Origin: Acidimicrobiia bacterium
GTDB taxonomy: Bacteria; Actinomycetota; Acidimicrobiia; IMCC26256; JAMXLJ01
DNA: 64,000 nucleotides
Assembly (NCBI GenBank): GCA_035651955.1
Contig: DASRES010000015.1
Span: forward strand, 70,208 to 134,207
Reading direction: 5' to 3'
The notes below the pieces were generated by a model. That model saw only the letters and a list, made by a program, of their open reading frames with translations, was not told where the DNA came from and made no database searches. This document shows positions 1 through 9,337 of this stretch, one piece after another. The translations under genes were made by a program, and so were the position numbers. Each line of letters begins with the position of its first letter. Position 1 is the first letter of the stretch.

Positions 1-653
1 AACGCAAGTGCCTCGGCAAGATGGACGAGGTCGGCCGCAGCGGCCGCACGGTCGTGTTCGTCAGCCACAACCTCGAAGCGGTGTCGCGGCTGTGCTCGCG
101 CGCGATCTGGCTGGAGGGTGGCCGCATCGCGGCGATCGGCGCGACCGACGACGTGGTCGGCGCGTACCTCGCGTCGGCGGCCGGTCCGACCGACGTCGCG
201 GCGTTTCCCGCGCGCGGCGACGCGCCGGCAACGTTGCGCGAGGTCGCGATCGTCGACGCGTCCGGTCGGCGTACCGCGGTGTTGCGCCGCGACGAGCCCT
301 TCACCGTCGAGCTCCGCTTCGACGTCAACGAGCGCGTTCCCGGGCTCGACGCGACCGTCAACGTCGACACCGTCCGCGGCGTGCGCGTGCTGTCCGAGGC
401 ATGGTCGGAGGGGGACGGCGGGCCGCGCGGCGAGCGCGGTCACCACGTCGCGCGCGTCGTGATCCCGCCCGTCCTCAACCCCGGCGACTACCGCGTGTCG
501 GTGTTCGTCGGCACCGCGCACGAGACGTTCGTGTGGGAGGAGGGCGTGCTCGGGTTCCGCCTCGAGGGCGACGACCAGACCCGGCCCGACCGCGTGCTAC
601 AGCTCTCGCTGCCGTGGAAGGTGGCCCGCCACCCGCTCGATCCGGCGGATTGA
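1..653 (+). CDS. ABC transporter ATP-binding protein, C-terminal part (polysaccharide/teichoic-acid exporter, Wzt/TagH-like); 5' end lies outside the window
   Basis: The frame of ORF 21..653 is open from the window edge. RKCLGKMDEVGRSGRTVVFVSHNLEAV matches the ABC D-loop/H-loop region. It is followed by a ~170-aa extra C-terminal domain, as in Wzt/TagH exporters. GT2 and LCP genes follow. Confidence 0.8.
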   Translation, partial: RKCLGKMDEVGRSGRTVVFVSHNLEAVSRLCSRAIWLEGGRIAAIGATDDVVGAYLASAAGPTDVAAFPARGDAPATLREVAIVDASGRRTAVLRRDEPFTVELRFDVNERVPGLDATVNVDTVRGVRVLSEAWSEGDGGPRGERGHHVARVVIPPVLNPGDYRVSVFVGTAHETFVWEEGVLGFRLEGDDQTRPDRVLQLSLPWKVARHPLDPAD

Positions 654-687
654 GGGCGAGACGTCCGAAATGCACCGCTGTGCGGGC

Positions 688-693
688 TAGACT
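688..693 (+). promoter_or_regulatory. -10-like hexamer TAGACT, 6 nt upstream of the GT2 GTG start (leaderless geometry)
   Basis: TAGACT fits the actinobacterial TANNNT -10 pattern. No SD lies between it and GTG 700. Confidence 0.35.
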
Positions 694-699
694 CGCCGC

Positions 700-1734
700 G
701 TGACGGCGCGCCCACCCATGGGTCTCGTCAGCGTCGTCGTTCCGACCCGCAATCGGCGGCGGCTGGTCGGCCGGGCGCTGACGACGGTCCTGCAGCAACG
801 TGAGGTCGACCTCGAGATCGTCGTGGTCGTCGACGGGTCGCCGGACGGGACGGCGGACGCGCTGCGCCGGATCGACGGGCCGATCACGATCGTGGAGCAC
901 GACTGCGCGCTCGGCGTCAGCCGGGCACGGAACGCGGGGATCGCGTGCGCGCGCGGCGAGTGGCTCGCGTTCCTCGACGACGACGACGTGTGGGCGCCGG
1001 ACAAGCTCGCGACGCAGCTCGGCGCGGCGCGCGACGCGCCGGGTGTGGGCTGGGTCATGGCGGGCGCGACCGCGGTCGGCGACGACCTGCGGCTGATCGG
1101 CGAGCAACCCGTGCCCGACGTCGACGACGTCGCGCGCCAGCTGCTCGCGTTCAACGTCGTGCCGGGTGGCGGGTCCGGCGTCCTCGCACGCGCCGAGCTC
1201 GTGCGCGAGCTCGGCGGCTTCGACCCCGACTACTCGAACCTCGCCGACCGCGACCTGTGGATCCGGCTCGCGCTCGCCGCGCCGGCGGCGTCGGCGCAGC
1301 GGCCGCTCGTCGGGTACGTGATCCACGACCACGGCATGGCGCACGACGTCCACCGCTCGGCGGTCGAGCGCGACGCGATCAACCGGAAGTACGCGGCCGA
1401 GCGCGCTGCGCACGGGCACGGCGACGACGACTCGCGCGCATGGCTCGCGTACCTGGGGGGGATGTACCTGCGCGCGGGAGACCGTCTGGATGCGGCCCGG
1501 GTCCACGCGCGGCTCGCCCGCCGCCACGGCGTCCCCCGTGCCTGGCTCCTGGCCGCCGTCGGCCTGGCCTTCCCGAACGTCCAGCGGTGGCGGGACCGGC
1601 GCGCCGCGAGCGCGATCGAGCCGGAATGGCGCGCGGCGACGATGCGTTGGCTGGCACCATTGCAGGACCGCGAGCGAGCAGGAGACCCGTGGCTGTTGGG
1701 CGGTACCCCGGAGTGTGCAACCGGCACGTCATGA
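700..1734 (+). CDS. Family 2 glycosyltransferase
   Basis: 344-aa ORF. VVVPTRNR, VVVVDGSPDGT and FLDDDDVW give the GT-A/GT2 fold signature with a DxD motif. Confidence 0.9.
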   Translation: MTARPPMGLVSVVVPTRNRRRLVGRALTTVLQQREVDLEIVVVVDGSPDGTADALRRIDGPITIVEHDCALGVSRARNAGIACARGEWLAFLDDDDVWAPDKLATQLGAARDAPGVGWVMAGATAVGDDLRLIGEQPVPDVDDVARQLLAFNVVPGGGSGVLARAELVRELGGFDPDYSNLADRDLWIRLALAAPAASAQRPLVGYVIHDHGMAHDVHRSAVERDAINRKYAAERAAHGHGDDDSRAWLAYLGGMYLRAGDRLDAARVHARLARRHGVPRAWLLAAVGLAFPNVQRWRDRRAASAIEPEWRAATMRWLAPLQDRERAGDPWLLGGTPECATGTS

Positions 1735-1778
1735 CGGCGGACGTGCGGCCGGGACGGGCGCGCGGGTAGGTCCGTCCG

Positions 1779-2702
1779 GTGGGCGTCCACGACATCGAGG
1801 TCGTCGTCCTCGCGGTCGCCGCCGCGCTGTTCTTCGCGACGAGCAACGTGCTCGAGCAGCGCTCCGCGCGGGAGGCCCCCGAGGAGCAGGCGCTGAAGCC
1901 GGGGCTCGTCGTGCACCTGGCCCGCCAGCGGCGCTGGCTGCTCGGCATCGTCGCCGACGTGAGCGGCTACATCTGCCAGGCAGCCGCGCTCGGGATCGGC
2001 CTGCTCGTCGTCGTCCAGCCGATCCTCGCGACGGGCCTCCTCTTCTCGCTCGCGCTGGACGTCGCGACGTCGCGCCGGCGACTGCGCGCGTGGGAGTGGG
2101 GCGTCGCCGCGCTGCTCGCGGCCGCGCTCGGCCTGTTCCTCTCCGAGTCGTCGCCCGGCGGCGGCAGCGCCCGCGCGCCGTGGCCCGACTGGGTGTTGCC
2201 GCTCGCGGTGATCTCGGCGGTCGTGCTCGTCGCGATCGCGCTCGGACGCCGGTCGACGGGCGCGGTGCGCGCGTCGCTGCTCGCGTTCGCGGCGGGCACG
2301 ATGTTCGGGATCACCGCGCCGCTCACGAAGGCGTTCGTCCACCTGCTCGGCGGCGGTCCCGTCACGGTGCTCACCAACTGGGAGCCGTACGGGCTGGCCG
2401 TGTTCTCGATCGGCGGCTTCATCGTCATGCAGAGCGCGTTCCAGGCCGGCGAGCTCGAGGCGTCGGTGCCGTTCCTCGAGACGGCGGAGCCCGTGGTCGC
2501 GTCGATCATCGGTGTCGCGCTGCTCGGTGAGCGGCTGCACGCGGCGACCAACGTCGACCGGGCGATCATCGCCGCGACGATCGCGACGATGCTCGTGTGC
2601 GCGGTGCTGCTCGCGCGGTCGCAGGCGCGTCGCGAGGAGGCGCGCGCCGCGGCGGTCAGCGAGGCGGACGACGCGGGAACCGCGTCACCGTCACCGGCCT
2701 GA
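1779..2702 (+). CDS. DMT/EamA-like integral membrane protein
   Basis: 307-aa ORF, hydrophobic throughout (about 9-10 TM helices). The N-terminus AALFFATSNVLEQRSA resembles actinobacterial DMT-family proteins. Confidence 0.7.
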   Translation: MGVHDIEVVVLAVAAALFFATSNVLEQRSAREAPEEQALKPGLVVHLARQRRWLLGIVADVSGYICQAAALGIGLLVVVQPILATGLLFSLALDVATSRRRLRAWEWGVAALLAAALGLFLSESSPGGGSARAPWPDWVLPLAVISAVVLVAIALGRRSTGAVRASLLAFAAGTMFGITAPLTKAFVHLLGGGPVTVLTNWEPYGLAVFSIGGFIVMQSAFQAGELEASVPFLETAEPVVASIIGVALLGERLHAATNVDRAIIAATIATMLVCAVLLARSQARREEARAAAVSEADDAGTASPSPA

Positions 2703-2780
2703 CGACGTGCGGTCCGCGAAGTCGTCGAAGCGCGTCGTTACACTCGATCGATCGCTCGTCGTCCCGGACCCGCCGCGCAG

Positions 2781-4139
2781 TTGTGGCGCCGTCGTTACGT
2801 CACCGCGCTCGTGCTGTGCATCGCGTGCATCGCGACCGGCATCGTGGGCGCGAACGTCGCCGTCGACCTGAAGCTCGCGCACATCAAGCGGATCAGCCTG
2901 GTCGAGTCGACACCCGCGACGAGCGTCGCGAACTACCTCGTGATCGGGTCCGACTCACGCGCGTTCGTGGACAACTCGCAGGAAGCGCGCGCGTTCGGCA
3001 CCGCCGCGAGTCAGGGCGGGCAGCGCTCGGACACGATGATGATCGTCCACGTCGACCCGCACCGGCACCGCAACCTCGTCGTGTCGATCCCGCGCGATCT
3101 CGTGGTCGACGTCCCGGGCCACGGCACCGAGCGCATCAACGCGGCGTTCAACGACGGCCCGCAGCGCGTCATCGACACGATCAAGGCGGACTTCGGCGTC
3201 GCGATCAACCACTACGTCGAGATCAACTTCCTCGCGTTCCAGGGGATCGTCGACGCGATCGGGCGCGTGCCCGTCGCGTTTCCGTACCCGGCCCGGGACA
3301 AGAAGTCGGGCCTGTCGGTCGGCGCCGGCTGCCAGGCCCTCGACGGCCAGCAGGCCCTCGCGTACGTGCGCTCGCGATCGCTCGAGTACCTCGTCGACGG
3401 GCAGTGGCGCGACGCGAGCCCGCGCGCGGACCTCGACCGCATCGACCGCCAGCACCAGTTCCTCCGCCAGCTCGCGCAGGCCGCGGTCCACGCGGGCATC
3501 CGCAACCCGCTCACGGCGAGTCGCATCGTCGACAGCATCGTCGGGAAGCTCGTCGTCGACGACCGGATGAGCCGCGGCAACATCCTCGGGCTCGTCAACG
3601 CGTTCCGCACCGTCGACCCCAACGCTCCCGGCGCGCTCGAGATGACCACGCTCCCGAACGTGCCCGCACAGGGCGGCACGCTCGCACTGAAGGAGCCCGA
3701 CGCGGACGCGCTGCTCACGCGCCTGCGCGATGACGGCCGCGGTGGCGAGCACGACACGACCGGCGTGAAGCCGAGCGAGGTGCGCGTCGAGGTGCGCAAC
3801 GCGTCGGGCGTGAACGGTCTCGCGGGGCGGACGCTCGCGCAGCTCGAGCACGACGGGTTCACCGGCGCCGGCACCGGGAACGCGCCCTCGGACACCACGA
3901 CGCGCATCCGGTACGCGCCCGGCGCGGTGACGAAGGCGTCGCTCGTGCAGGCCAAGCTCAACGGCGCCGGCGTGCTCACCGAGGACAGCTCGCTCGGCGG
4001 CGACGTCGACGTGCTCGTGGTGCTCGGCGCGGACGCGGGCACCCACCGTGCGGCGCCGCCGACGGCCGCGGGCGGGACACCGGCGACGTCGTCAGCGACG
4101 TCGTCGGCGACGTCCGTGACCTCCGCCGCCACCTGCTGA
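2781..4139 (+). CDS. LCP (LytR-CpsA-Psr) family cell-wall glycopolymer ligase with LytR_C-like C-terminus
   Basis: 452-aa ORF with an N-terminal TM anchor. LCP core: YLVIGSDSR, SDTMMIVHVDP, SIPRDL, INAAF. C-terminal segment: VRVEVRNASGVNGLAG. TTG start. Confidence 0.9.
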   Translation: MWRRRYVTALVLCIACIATGIVGANVAVDLKLAHIKRISLVESTPATSVANYLVIGSDSRAFVDNSQEARAFGTAASQGGQRSDTMMIVHVDPHRHRNLVVSIPRDLVVDVPGHGTERINAAFNDGPQRVIDTIKADFGVAINHYVEINFLAFQGIVDAIGRVPVAFPYPARDKKSGLSVGAGCQALDGQQALAYVRSRSLEYLVDGQWRDASPRADLDRIDRQHQFLRQLAQAAVHAGIRNPLTASRIVDSIVGKLVVDDRMSRGNILGLVNAFRTVDPNAPGALEMTTLPNVPAQGGTLALKEPDADALLTRLRDDGRGGEHDTTGVKPSEVRVEVRNASGVNGLAGRTLAQLEHDGFTGAGTGNAPSDTTTRIRYAPGAVTKASLVQAKLNGAGVLTEDSSLGGDVDVLVVLGADAGTHRAAPPTAAGGTPATSSATSSATSVTSAATC

Positions 4140-4203
4140 CACCCTGGCGCCCCGTGCGGCGCGTGGGTACGGTGCCGCGACACGCGTCACGAGGAGGTGC
4201 CCC

Positions 4204-5745
4204 GTGTTCGTGCCGCTCACGATCCTCGACTTCCTGGAGCGTGCCGAGCTCGTCTACGGCGAGCGTGTCGCCGTCGTCGACGAGCCCGAGCCGCCCGGCG
4301 GGTCGCTCGGCCGGCTCACGTACGGTGAGCTCGCGGCGTCGGCCCGCAGCCTCGCGGTCGCGCTCGACGAGCTCGGGCTCGACGCCGGCGAGCGCGTCGC
4401 GATCGTGTCGCCGAACGCGGCTCGGTTCCTGATCACCCTGTTCGGCGTGAGCGCGTACGGCCGCGCGCTGGTGCCGATCAACTTCCGGCTGAACGCGGAC
4501 GAGGTCGGGTACATCGTCGAGCACTCGCGCGCGGCAGTGCTCCTCGTCGACCCCGAGTACGCGGACACGTTCGCGGACGTCGACGTCAAGCACCGGTACG
4601 TGCTGGGCACGTCGACCGACGACGAGCTGTTCCGGCGCACCGGCACGCCCGCGTTCGTCACGGACGACGAGCGCGCGACGGCGTCGATCAACTACACGTC
4701 GGGGACGACCGCCCGACCCAAGGGCGTGCAGCTCTCGCACCGCAGTCTCTGGCTGAACGCGACGACCTTCGGATGGCACGCGGGTGTGAGCGACCGCGAC
4801 GTGTACCTCCACACGCTGCCGATGTTCCACTGCAACGGCTGGGGCCTGCCGTACGCGCTCACCGGGATGGGCGCGCGCCAGGTCGTCATCCGCAAGATCG
4901 ACGGCGAGGAGATCCTGCGGCGCGTCGAGGAGGAGGGCGTGACGTTCCTCGCGGGCGCGCCCGCGGTCGTCGCTGCGATCCTCGACGCCGCGTCGGCGCG
5001 TCGCTCGCGGGGAACGGAGGTCCCCGGGCGTGACCGGGTGCGGATGGTCGTCGCCGGTGCGCCGCCGCCGTCGAAGGTGATCGAGCGCGTCGAGACCGAG
5101 CTCGGCTGGGAGTTCCTCCAGATCTACGGCCTCACCGAGACGTCACCGTTGCTGACGATCAACCGCCGGCGCGCCGAGTGGGACGACCTGTCGCCGGCGG
5201 AGCGCGCCCGCCTGCTGTCGCGCGCCGGTGCACCGGCGCTCGGCGTCCGGCTCGACGTCGACGACGAGGGCGAGGTGCTGGCCCGCTCGAACAACGTGTT
5301 CGAGGGCTACTGGGACCAGCCCGACGAGAGCGCGAAGGCGCTCGCCGGCGGGTGGTTCCACACCGGCGACGGCGGTGAGCTCGACGGCGCGTACCTCACG
5401 ATCTCCGACCGCAAGAAGGACGTGATCATCACCGGCGGCGAGAACGTGTCGTCGATCGAGGTCGAGGACTGCCTGTACCAGCATCCCGCGGTCGCGGAGT
5501 GCGGTGTCATCGGCGTGCCCGACGAGAAGTGGGGCGAGACGGTCAAGGCGCTCGTCGTGCTGCGCGACGGCGCGCGCGTCACCGAGGTCGAGCTCGTCGC
5601 CCACTGCCGTGAGCGGCTCGCCCACTTCAAGTGCCCGACGTCGATCGAGTTCCGCGACGCGCTCCCGCGCACCGCGACCGGCAAGCTCCAGAAGTTCAAG
5701 CTGCGCTCGGACTACTGGACCGGTCGCGACCGCCAGGTCAACTGA
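4204..5745 (+). CDS. AMP-dependent acyl-CoA synthetase/ligase (FadD-like)
   Basis: 513-aa ORF with AMP-binding motif YTSGTTARPKGV and C-terminal TATGKLQKFKLR. SD GAGGAGG lies upstream of the GTG start. Confidence 0.9.
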   Translation: MFVPLTILDFLERAELVYGERVAVVDEPEPPGGSLGRLTYGELAASARSLAVALDELGLDAGERVAIVSPNAARFLITLFGVSAYGRALVPINFRLNADEVGYIVEHSRAAVLLVDPEYADTFADVDVKHRYVLGTSTDDELFRRTGTPAFVTDDERATASINYTSGTTARPKGVQLSHRSLWLNATTFGWHAGVSDRDVYLHTLPMFHCNGWGLPYALTGMGARQVVIRKIDGEEILRRVEEEGVTFLAGAPAVVAAILDAASARRSRGTEVPGRDRVRMVVAGAPPPSKVIERVETELGWEFLQIYGLTETSPLLTINRRRAEWDDLSPAERARLLSRAGAPALGVRLDVDDEGEVLARSNNVFEGYWDQPDESAKALAGGWFHTGDGGELDGAYLTISDRKKDVIITGGENVSSIEVEDCLYQHPAVAECGVIGVPDEKWGETVKALVVLRDGARVTEVELVAHCRERLAHFKCPTSIEFRDALPRTATGKLQKFKLRSDYWTGRDRQVN

Positions 5746-5769
5746 CGCGCACCCCCGCAGCAACGCCCG

Positions 5770-5812
5770 GTTGGGACGTTTTGTCGGCGTAGCGCCGACA
5801 AAACGTCCCAAC
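5770..5812. terminator. Perfect 20-bp inverted repeat (3-nt loop) between convergent genes; putative bidirectional terminator
   Basis: GTTGGGACGTTTTGTCGGCG-TAG-CGCCGACAAAACGTCCCAAC. It is AT-richer than its surroundings and lies between the stops at 5745 (+) and 5834 (-). Confidence 0.7.
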
Positions 5813-5833
5813 GGACGTCGGGGGGAACGGGGA

Positions 5834-8026
5834 TCAGCCGACCGTCGCCGGCTCGCGGGGCTCGAGCTCGTCGTGCGGCGGCTCGGGCGCGGCCTCGACG
5901 GCCACGCGGGGGAGGAGCCGGTCGAGCCAGCGGGGGAGCCACCAGTTCGCGTTGCCGAGCAGCTCCATCGTGGCGGGCACGAGCACCATCCGGACGATCG
6001 TCGCGTCGATGAACACCGCCGCGGCCAGGCCGAAGCCGACCATCTTCAGCACGCGCAGGTCGCCGAGGACGAACGACAGGAACACCGCGATCATGATCGC
6101 CGCGGCCGCGGTGATCACGCGGGCCGTCATCGCGAGCCCGTCGACGACGGACTGCGCGTTGTCGCCCGTCCGCAGCCACTCCTCACGGATGCGCGAGATG
6201 AGGAACACCTCGTAGTCCATCGAGAGACCGAAGAGGATCGCGAACAGCATCATCGGGACCCACGCCTCGATCGGGCCCTTCTCGATGCCGAACAGCGACT
6301 TCGCCCAGCCCCACTGGAACACCGCGACGACGAGGCCGTACGCGGCGCCGATCGACAGCACGTTCATCACGGCCGCCTTGAGCGCGACGACCACCGAGCG
6401 GAACACGCACATCAGCAAGAGGAACGACAGCGCGATGACGGCACCGATGAACCACGGCAGCCGCGCGCCGATCGTCGCGCTCATGTCGATCACGACCGCG
6501 GTCGTCCCGCCGACGTCGACCGTCGCGCCCGTTCCCTTCACCACCCCGGGGATGACGTCGTCGCGGAGGTGATGGACGAGCTTCTCGGTCTTGACGTCCT
6601 GCGGCGAGGTCGTCGGGATCACCGACACGATCGCCGCGTTGCCCTGCGGGTTGACCTGCGGCGGTGCGACGGCCGCGATGCCGGGCACGGTCCGCAGCTG
6701 CTGCTCGAGCGGGCCCAGCACCTTCACCGAGCCGGGCTTCGACAGGTCGGCCGCGAGGACCAACGGGCCGTTGTGACCGGGCCCGAAGCCCTTGGCCAGG
6801 AGGTCGTACGCCTTGCGCGTCGTCGTGGACGGCAGGTCGTTGCCGGCGTCCGCGCTGCCGAGGTGGATCGAGAACAGCGGGAGCGCGAGCACGACGAGCA
6901 CCGCGAGCGACACGAGCGCGGTCGGCCACGGGTAGCGCTGCACCTCGCGGCTCCACCGCCACGCGAGTGTCGTGCGGTGGTCGTCCTCCTTGCGGTGCAG
7001 GAACGGGATCGAGAACTTGTCGATGTTCGTCCCCGCGAAGCCGAGCACCGCGGGCAGCAGCGTGATCGACGCGAGCATCACCATCGCGACCGCCGCCGAC
7101 GCGCCGAGCGCGAGGCCGTTCAGGAACGAGAACCGCATCAGGAACATGCCGAGCAGCGAGATGACGACGGTCGTGCCGGCGAACAGCACGGCCCGACCGG
7201 CGGTCGTCGCCGCCTCGAGCACGGACGCCTGAGGGTCGCGGCCCGCGGCGAGCGCCTGGCGGTAGCGCGTGACGATGAACAGCGCGTAGTCGATGCCGAC
7301 ACCGATGCCGATCATCGACGCGACCTGCGGCGCGAACTCCGGCACCTTCATGACGTGCGCGAGCAGCTCGACGATGGCGAGCCCGATGCCGATCCCGGAC
7401 AGCGCGGTGAGGATCGGCAGGCCCATCGCGAGCAACGACCCGAACGCGATGAGCAGGATCACGATCGCGGCGAGGATGCCGACGAGCTCCGTCGCGCCGC
7501 CCCCGTTGTTCTGGACGCCCTGCTCGACCGGCCAGCCGCCCAGCTCGAACTGCACGCCGTCGCGGCTCGCGGCCTTCGCCTGGTCGATCCAGTGCGACGC
7601 CTCCGACTTCGTCACCTTGTCGGTGCGCACGTCGAGCTGCACGGTCGCGTACGCGATCGTCCCGTCCTGCGAGACCTGCCGGGCGGCGGTCACGTCGGGT
7701 GCGAACGGCGAGCGCGCACTCGTGACGTGGCGCGTCGCCTGGAGCTGCTGCAGCAGCTGCGCGGTCTGCTGTTGCACCGCGGGCGTCCGCACACCGCCGG
7801 GCGCGTGGATGACGACGTCGAACGTGTCACCCGACTGCGTCGGGAAGCGCTCCTTCAGGAGGTCGTACGCGCGCTGCGACTCGGTGTTCTGGCCGCTGAA
7901 GCTCTTGTCGTACGCGCCCTTCGCGGCCTGGCCGATGACGCTCATCGCCACGAGGGCGACGATCCACGTCACCAGCACGGCCCATCGGCGCCGGTAGCAC
8001 CAGTGGGTCAGTCGCTCGAGTCCCAT
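5834..8026 (-). CDS. MMPL/RND-superfamily membrane transporter
   Basis: ORF 5834..8230. I moved the start to ATG 8026 (MGLERLTHWCYRRRWAVLV...). About 730 aa with two multi-TM bundles separated by large soluble loops. The ATG shares its A with the marR TGA stop (TGATG). Confidence 0.88.
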   Translation of the reverse strand: MGLERLTHWCYRRRWAVLVTWIVALVAMSVIGQAAKGAYDKSFSGQNTESQRAYDLLKERFPTQSGDTFDVVIHAPGGVRTPAVQQQTAQLLQQLQATRHVTSARSPFAPDVTAARQVSQDGTIAYATVQLDVRTDKVTKSEASHWIDQAKAASRDGVQFELGGWPVEQGVQNNGGGATELVGILAAIVILLIAFGSLLAMGLPILTALSGIGIGLAIVELLAHVMKVPEFAPQVASMIGIGVGIDYALFIVTRYRQALAAGRDPQASVLEAATTAGRAVLFAGTTVVISLLGMFLMRFSFLNGLALGASAAVAMVMLASITLLPAVLGFAGTNIDKFSIPFLHRKEDDHRTTLAWRWSREVQRYPWPTALVSLAVLVVLALPLFSIHLGSADAGNDLPSTTTRKAYDLLAKGFGPGHNGPLVLAADLSKPGSVKVLGPLEQQLRTVPGIAAVAPPQVNPQGNAAIVSVIPTTSPQDVKTEKLVHHLRDDVIPGVVKGTGATVDVGGTTAVVIDMSATIGARLPWFIGAVIALSFLLLMCVFRSVVVALKAAVMNVLSIGAAYGLVVAVFQWGWAKSLFGIEKGPIEAWVPMMLFAILFGLSMDYEVFLISRIREEWLRTGDNAQSVVDGLAMTARVITAAAAIMIAVFLSFVLGDLRVLKMVGFGLAAAVFIDATIVRMVLVPATMELLGNANWWLPRWLDRLLPRVAVEAAPEPPHDELEPREPATVG

Positions 8027-8517
8027 CACTCGCTCCTTCCTGAACCGTCGGGGGGTACGGTGCCCGGCACGAACGCCTCGGCGTTCGCGTTCAGGCGCTC
8101 CAGCGTGGTGAAGAACTGCGCGAGCTCGTCCCGGCCGAGCCCGCGGCGCAACGCCGTCTCGAAGCGCAACGCCGCCTGCTTCATCCGGGTGAAGGTCTCG
8201 GTGCCGTCGGGCGTGAGCTCCACCCGCCACACGCGGCGGTCGGCCGGGTCGCGCGTGCGGCTCACGAGGCCGGCGCTCTCCAGCCGGTCCACGTGGTAGG
8301 TGACGGTGGCGTCCTCCACGTGGATCCGACGAGCGAGCTCGCGCTGACTCACCGGTCCGGCGCGGTCCAGCGTGAGGAGGACCATCCAGGTCGGCAGGGA
8401 TCCGCCCGCCCGGGCCATCGTCTCCTCGAAGCGGGCCGCGACGACCTTCCCGGTGAAGGCCAGCGCCCGCCCGACGACCTGCCCGTCGTCGTCGATGTCC
8501 CAGTCGGGGGAAACCAT
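8026..8517 (-). CDS. MarR family transcriptional regulator
   Basis: Winged-helix core SQRELARRIHVEDATVTYHVDRLESAGLVSRTRDPADRRV. The ORF opens at 8559, but its first 14 codons are AT-rich and atypical, so ATG 8517 is preferred. Confidence 0.85.
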   Translation of the reverse strand: MVSPDWDIDDDGQVVGRALAFTGKVVAARFEETMARAGGSLPTWMVLLTLDRAGPVSQRELARRIHVEDATVTYHVDRLESAGLVSRTRDPADRRVWRVELTPDGTETFTRMKQAALRFETALRRGLGRDELAQFFTTLERLNANAEAFVPGTVPPDGSGRSE

Positions 8518-8560
8518 AGAGATCGAAGTATTCGACGTAATACCGTTCGAAGTCAACATG
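8518..8560 (-). promoter_or_regulatory. AT-rich putative marR-mmpL promoter/operator block
   Basis: This is the only AT-rich patch in the area. TCGA(A/C)GT occurs at 8523, 8532 and 8547, including the palindrome TCGAAGTATTCGA (8523-8535). It lies directly upstream of marR ATG 8517. Confidence 0.4.
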
Positions 8561-8572
8561 ATGTGCCCGGGG

Positions 8573-9337
8573 TCACGGCGATCCGGTGGCCGCCGTCACC
8601 GTCACCCCGCCCTGGCTGGACCGGGCGGTGACGCGGCGGGTGCTCGCGGGGTCGGTCGGGACGCCGACGTCGGTCGAGCCCTGCGACGCGCGGGCGTCCA
8701 CGCGGTACGGGACGTGGTCACGGGGGACCACGACGTGCACGCTGCCCTGGCTCGAGCGGGCGACGACGCGCGACGGGTCGTTCGCGAACACGAGGGTGAC
8801 GCTGCCCTGGCTCGCCGACGCGTCGACGGCGGTCGACCGGAGCCCGGTCGCCCGGACGCTGCCCTGCGACGCGTGCGCGTCAACCCGCCCGCCGACGCCC
8901 GCGAGCGTGACGCCGCCCTGGCCGGCGCGCGCGTCGACGTCGCCCTGCACGCCCGAGACGCGGACGTCGCCCTCCGCGTGCGCGACCACGCGCACCGCCG
9001 GTGGGACGTCGAGGCGGTAGTGGGCGTTGCAGTGAGCGGACAGGAACGGGCACGACGCACGGATCACGAGCGTGTCGCCGTCGACGCGCTCGCTCACGCT
9101 GGTGTGGACGAGTCCGCGCTCGACGTCGCGGTGGACCTGCACGGTCGTGGTCCCGGGGTCGCCGACGACGTCGATCGAGCCGTGGTCGATCCGCACGTCC
9201 ACGACGCGCACGGGCCCGACCGCGTAGGCCGCGCGGTGACGGTCGTACGCGACCTGCGACACGACCTGCAGCGTGCCGAACGCGAGCAGCGAAATCGTGA
9301 GGACGCTCCCACCGATCCGCCAGAGCGCGCGTGTCAT
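8573..9337 (-). CDS. DUF4097/LiaF-like beta-repeat protein with N-terminal TM anchor
   Basis: 254-aa ORF. An N-terminal TM helix is followed by repeated A.SQGSV strands (5 copies). ATGA overlap with the upstream response regulator. Confidence 0.75.
   Translation of the reverse strand: MTRALWRIGGSVLTISLLAFGTLQVVSQVAYDRHRAAYAVGPVRVVDVRIDHGSIDVVGDPGTTTVQVHRDVERGLVHTSVSERVDGDTLVIRASCPFLSAHCNAHYRLDVPPAVRVVAHAEGDVRVSGVQGDVDARAGQGGVTLAGVGGRVDAHASQGSVRATGLRSTAVDASASQGSVTLVFANDPSRVVARSSQGSVHVVVPRDHVPYRVDARASQGSTDVGVPTDPASTRRVTARSSQGGVTVTAATGSP

Noticed and set aside
5504-8299. 931-aa plus-strand ORF covering the MmpL and MarR genes.
   Set aside because: It is antisense to a bona fide MMPL transporter and has Arg/Asp/His-rich nonsense composition.
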